From positions 11,430,101-11,464,073 of the forward strand of contig NC_069006.1 of the NCBI RefSeq assembly GCF_001194135.2: 33,973 nucleotides of DNA, given 5' to 3'. The translations under genes and the position numbers were made by a program. Positions 32,270-33,973 of the stretch are shown in pieces. The DNA comes from Octopus bimaculoides (Eukaryota). Each line of letters starts with the position of its first letter. The first letter of the stretch is position 1. Below the pieces are notes generated by a model, which worked only from the letters and a program-made list of their open reading frames with translations, did no database searches and had not been told where the DNA came from.

Positions 32270-33100
32270 AAGGGAAAGCCACTCCGTGGCAGCGTTATCA
32301 TTAATAGCCGAATGGACTAGAGCAACACAAAATGAAATGTTTTGCTCAGGAACACAACGTACTGCTGGTCTGGGAATCGAAATCGTGGTCTTGCGATCGA
32401 GAGGGCAACAACCAAATAACTAGGCAACCAGTCTTCACACACACATATATACGTACATACATACACACACATGAACATATATACATTCCACACACACGCA
32501 TACAGACACACACACACACACATATACAATCAACTAGGCGTGAATTAGCGAACATGATTACGTGCAGTGCGAAGGGGGATAACTCCTGTGAATTAGAAAT
32601 TCTTATGAATGAAAGTCGTGATTTTTTTTTTTGCTGTGATGTTCACACATGAGCTAAACCAGATGGTAAACGTCTGTATTTTTTTAGTGAGTAATAATAG
32701 TTATCCTGCATTGGTGTAGAAAATTTCTGATGTAACAGAAGGCAGCTGAGTTATACATAGATGCAGACATGGCTGTGTGCTTAGGAAGCTTGGTTCGCAA
32801 CCACGTGGTGTCGGGTTCGGTCTCACTATGCGGCAACTCGGCCAGGTGTCTTCTACTATAACTGTGGACCAATCGATGCCCTGTAAGTTAACTTGGTAAC
32901 TGGAAACTGTCTGGAAGCCTGTCGCATGAGTGTGTGCGCGCGCGCGCGTTTCTTTTATCCTTTATTTATTTCAGTCATTTGACTGCGGCCATGCTGGTGT
33001 ACCATCTTCAAGGGTTTTAGTCGAACAAATCGAACCATGGGCTTATTTATGCACGCACACACACTCTCTATTTAAAACCTGGTGCTTTTGAAATCGGTCT
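32270..33100. mobile_element. Three old SINE fragments (about 32270-32425 minus, 32765-32920 plus, 32960-33100 minus)
   Basis: tttgctcaggaacacaac...gggaatcgaa; gcaaccacgtggtgtcgggttcggtctcactatgcggcaactcggccaggtgtcttctactata; ttcagtcatttgactgcggccatgctgg. Confidence 0.7.
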
Positions 33101-33377
33101 GTAATAATAATAAGAAGAACAACAACAACAGCAGCAACTGCGGCTGCAGCAGCAATTACCTCATTCTATATACAGAACTCAGGTGCTGTAAGACTTGTCA
33201 GAAAAGGTGAGGGCAGAAAAGAGACATGAGTCAAGTACAAAAAGTCAGCTATGAAAGCCAAAAAGTACACCGAAAAAGACAGGAAAGCGAACATTAAAAG
33301 AGCCATTAAGAAAGGCCTCCACAGACATCCTTCCGGGAGTAATGTTGACACATTTTGGGATATATGGAATTTTTGAA

Positions 33378-33555
33378 GTATGGGGAGGGGGCAGTCGATT
33401 AGATCGACCTTAGTATGCCACTGGTACTTAATTTATCGTCCTCCAAAAGGATGAAAAACAAAGTCGACCACAGCGGAATTTGAGCTCAGAACACAAAGAC
33501 AGACGAGATATCGCTAAGTATTTCGCCCGGCGAGCTAACGTTTTCTGCCAGCTTG
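33378..33555 (-). mobile_element. (ATT)-tailed-family SINE, CpG-intact
   Basis: ctggtacttaatttatcg...aggatgaaaaacaaagtcgaccacagcggaatttgagctcagaac...gctaagtatttcgcccggcgagctaacg...tctgccagcttgctgcctt. Confidence 0.85.
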
Positions 33556-33940
33556 CTGCCTTGAAGGATTCCGTGTCCTGACAGATAATAATTGATGTGG
33601 GTAGTTATAGTTCATATTTTAACGATTCTGAGCATGAAAGAATGCTTTTACAAGTCATGGGTGGTGTAGTGTTTTTGATTTTGAATATTACGTAAAAATA
33701 CAGTTTAAGTTCGTGTTAATATAATTAATGCAATGTACATTAAATATTTAATTAGATGCAATTACACAGCGGAGAAAAGATATATCGGCCAGTGGCTAAT
33801 ATTATTTTAATTATTCCAGTAAGTATGGGAGAAAACTCTGGACATGTTTTATACACACACATACGTAAAAATATACTGGGGTAGGCCGGTTTATGGGGTT
33901 ACCCTGGATTTCTCTTCTGTGGATTTATGATTTCTACAAA

Positions 33941-33973
<33 letters not shown>

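Noticed and set aside
33166-33351. Hydrophobic 61-aa minus ORF resembling a membrane protein
   Set aside because: It starts at GTG, has no upstream acceptor or recognisable family, and the hydrophobicity follows from the T-rich strand.

Overview
AT-rich, repeat-saturated eukaryotic genomic DNA with four assembly gaps (8718-9527, 11745-12027, 25524-26057, 31406-32200). The SINE families and the (TA)n/(CA)n/(ATT)n/(GAT)n microsatellite load resemble an Octopus / coleoid cephalopod genome; this is inferred from pattern recognition, not from a search. Only one host coding element is supportable: a 45-nt first coding exon on the minus strand (14092-14048, MPVILYSTSVSGCRA|GTAAAG) of an SH3BGR-family, SH3BGRL3-like thioredoxin-fold gene. 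Its downstream exons were not found and may lie in a gap or left of the window. The rest is intronic or intergenic. It holds decayed non-LTR retrotransposon 3' fragments from four clades (Tx1/L1, CR1-group, RTE, R4/Dong-like RLE), a Helentron-associated (HINE/DINE-like) element, dozens of SINE copies, at least five long palindromic/foldback elements, several local tandem duplications and a strong CTCF-like motif. CpG content also appears to switch between domains along the window. Almost all ORFs in the supplied track are microsatellite, gap or repeat artefacts. There is no prokaryotic-type system (CRISPR, operon) and no clear novel gene system.
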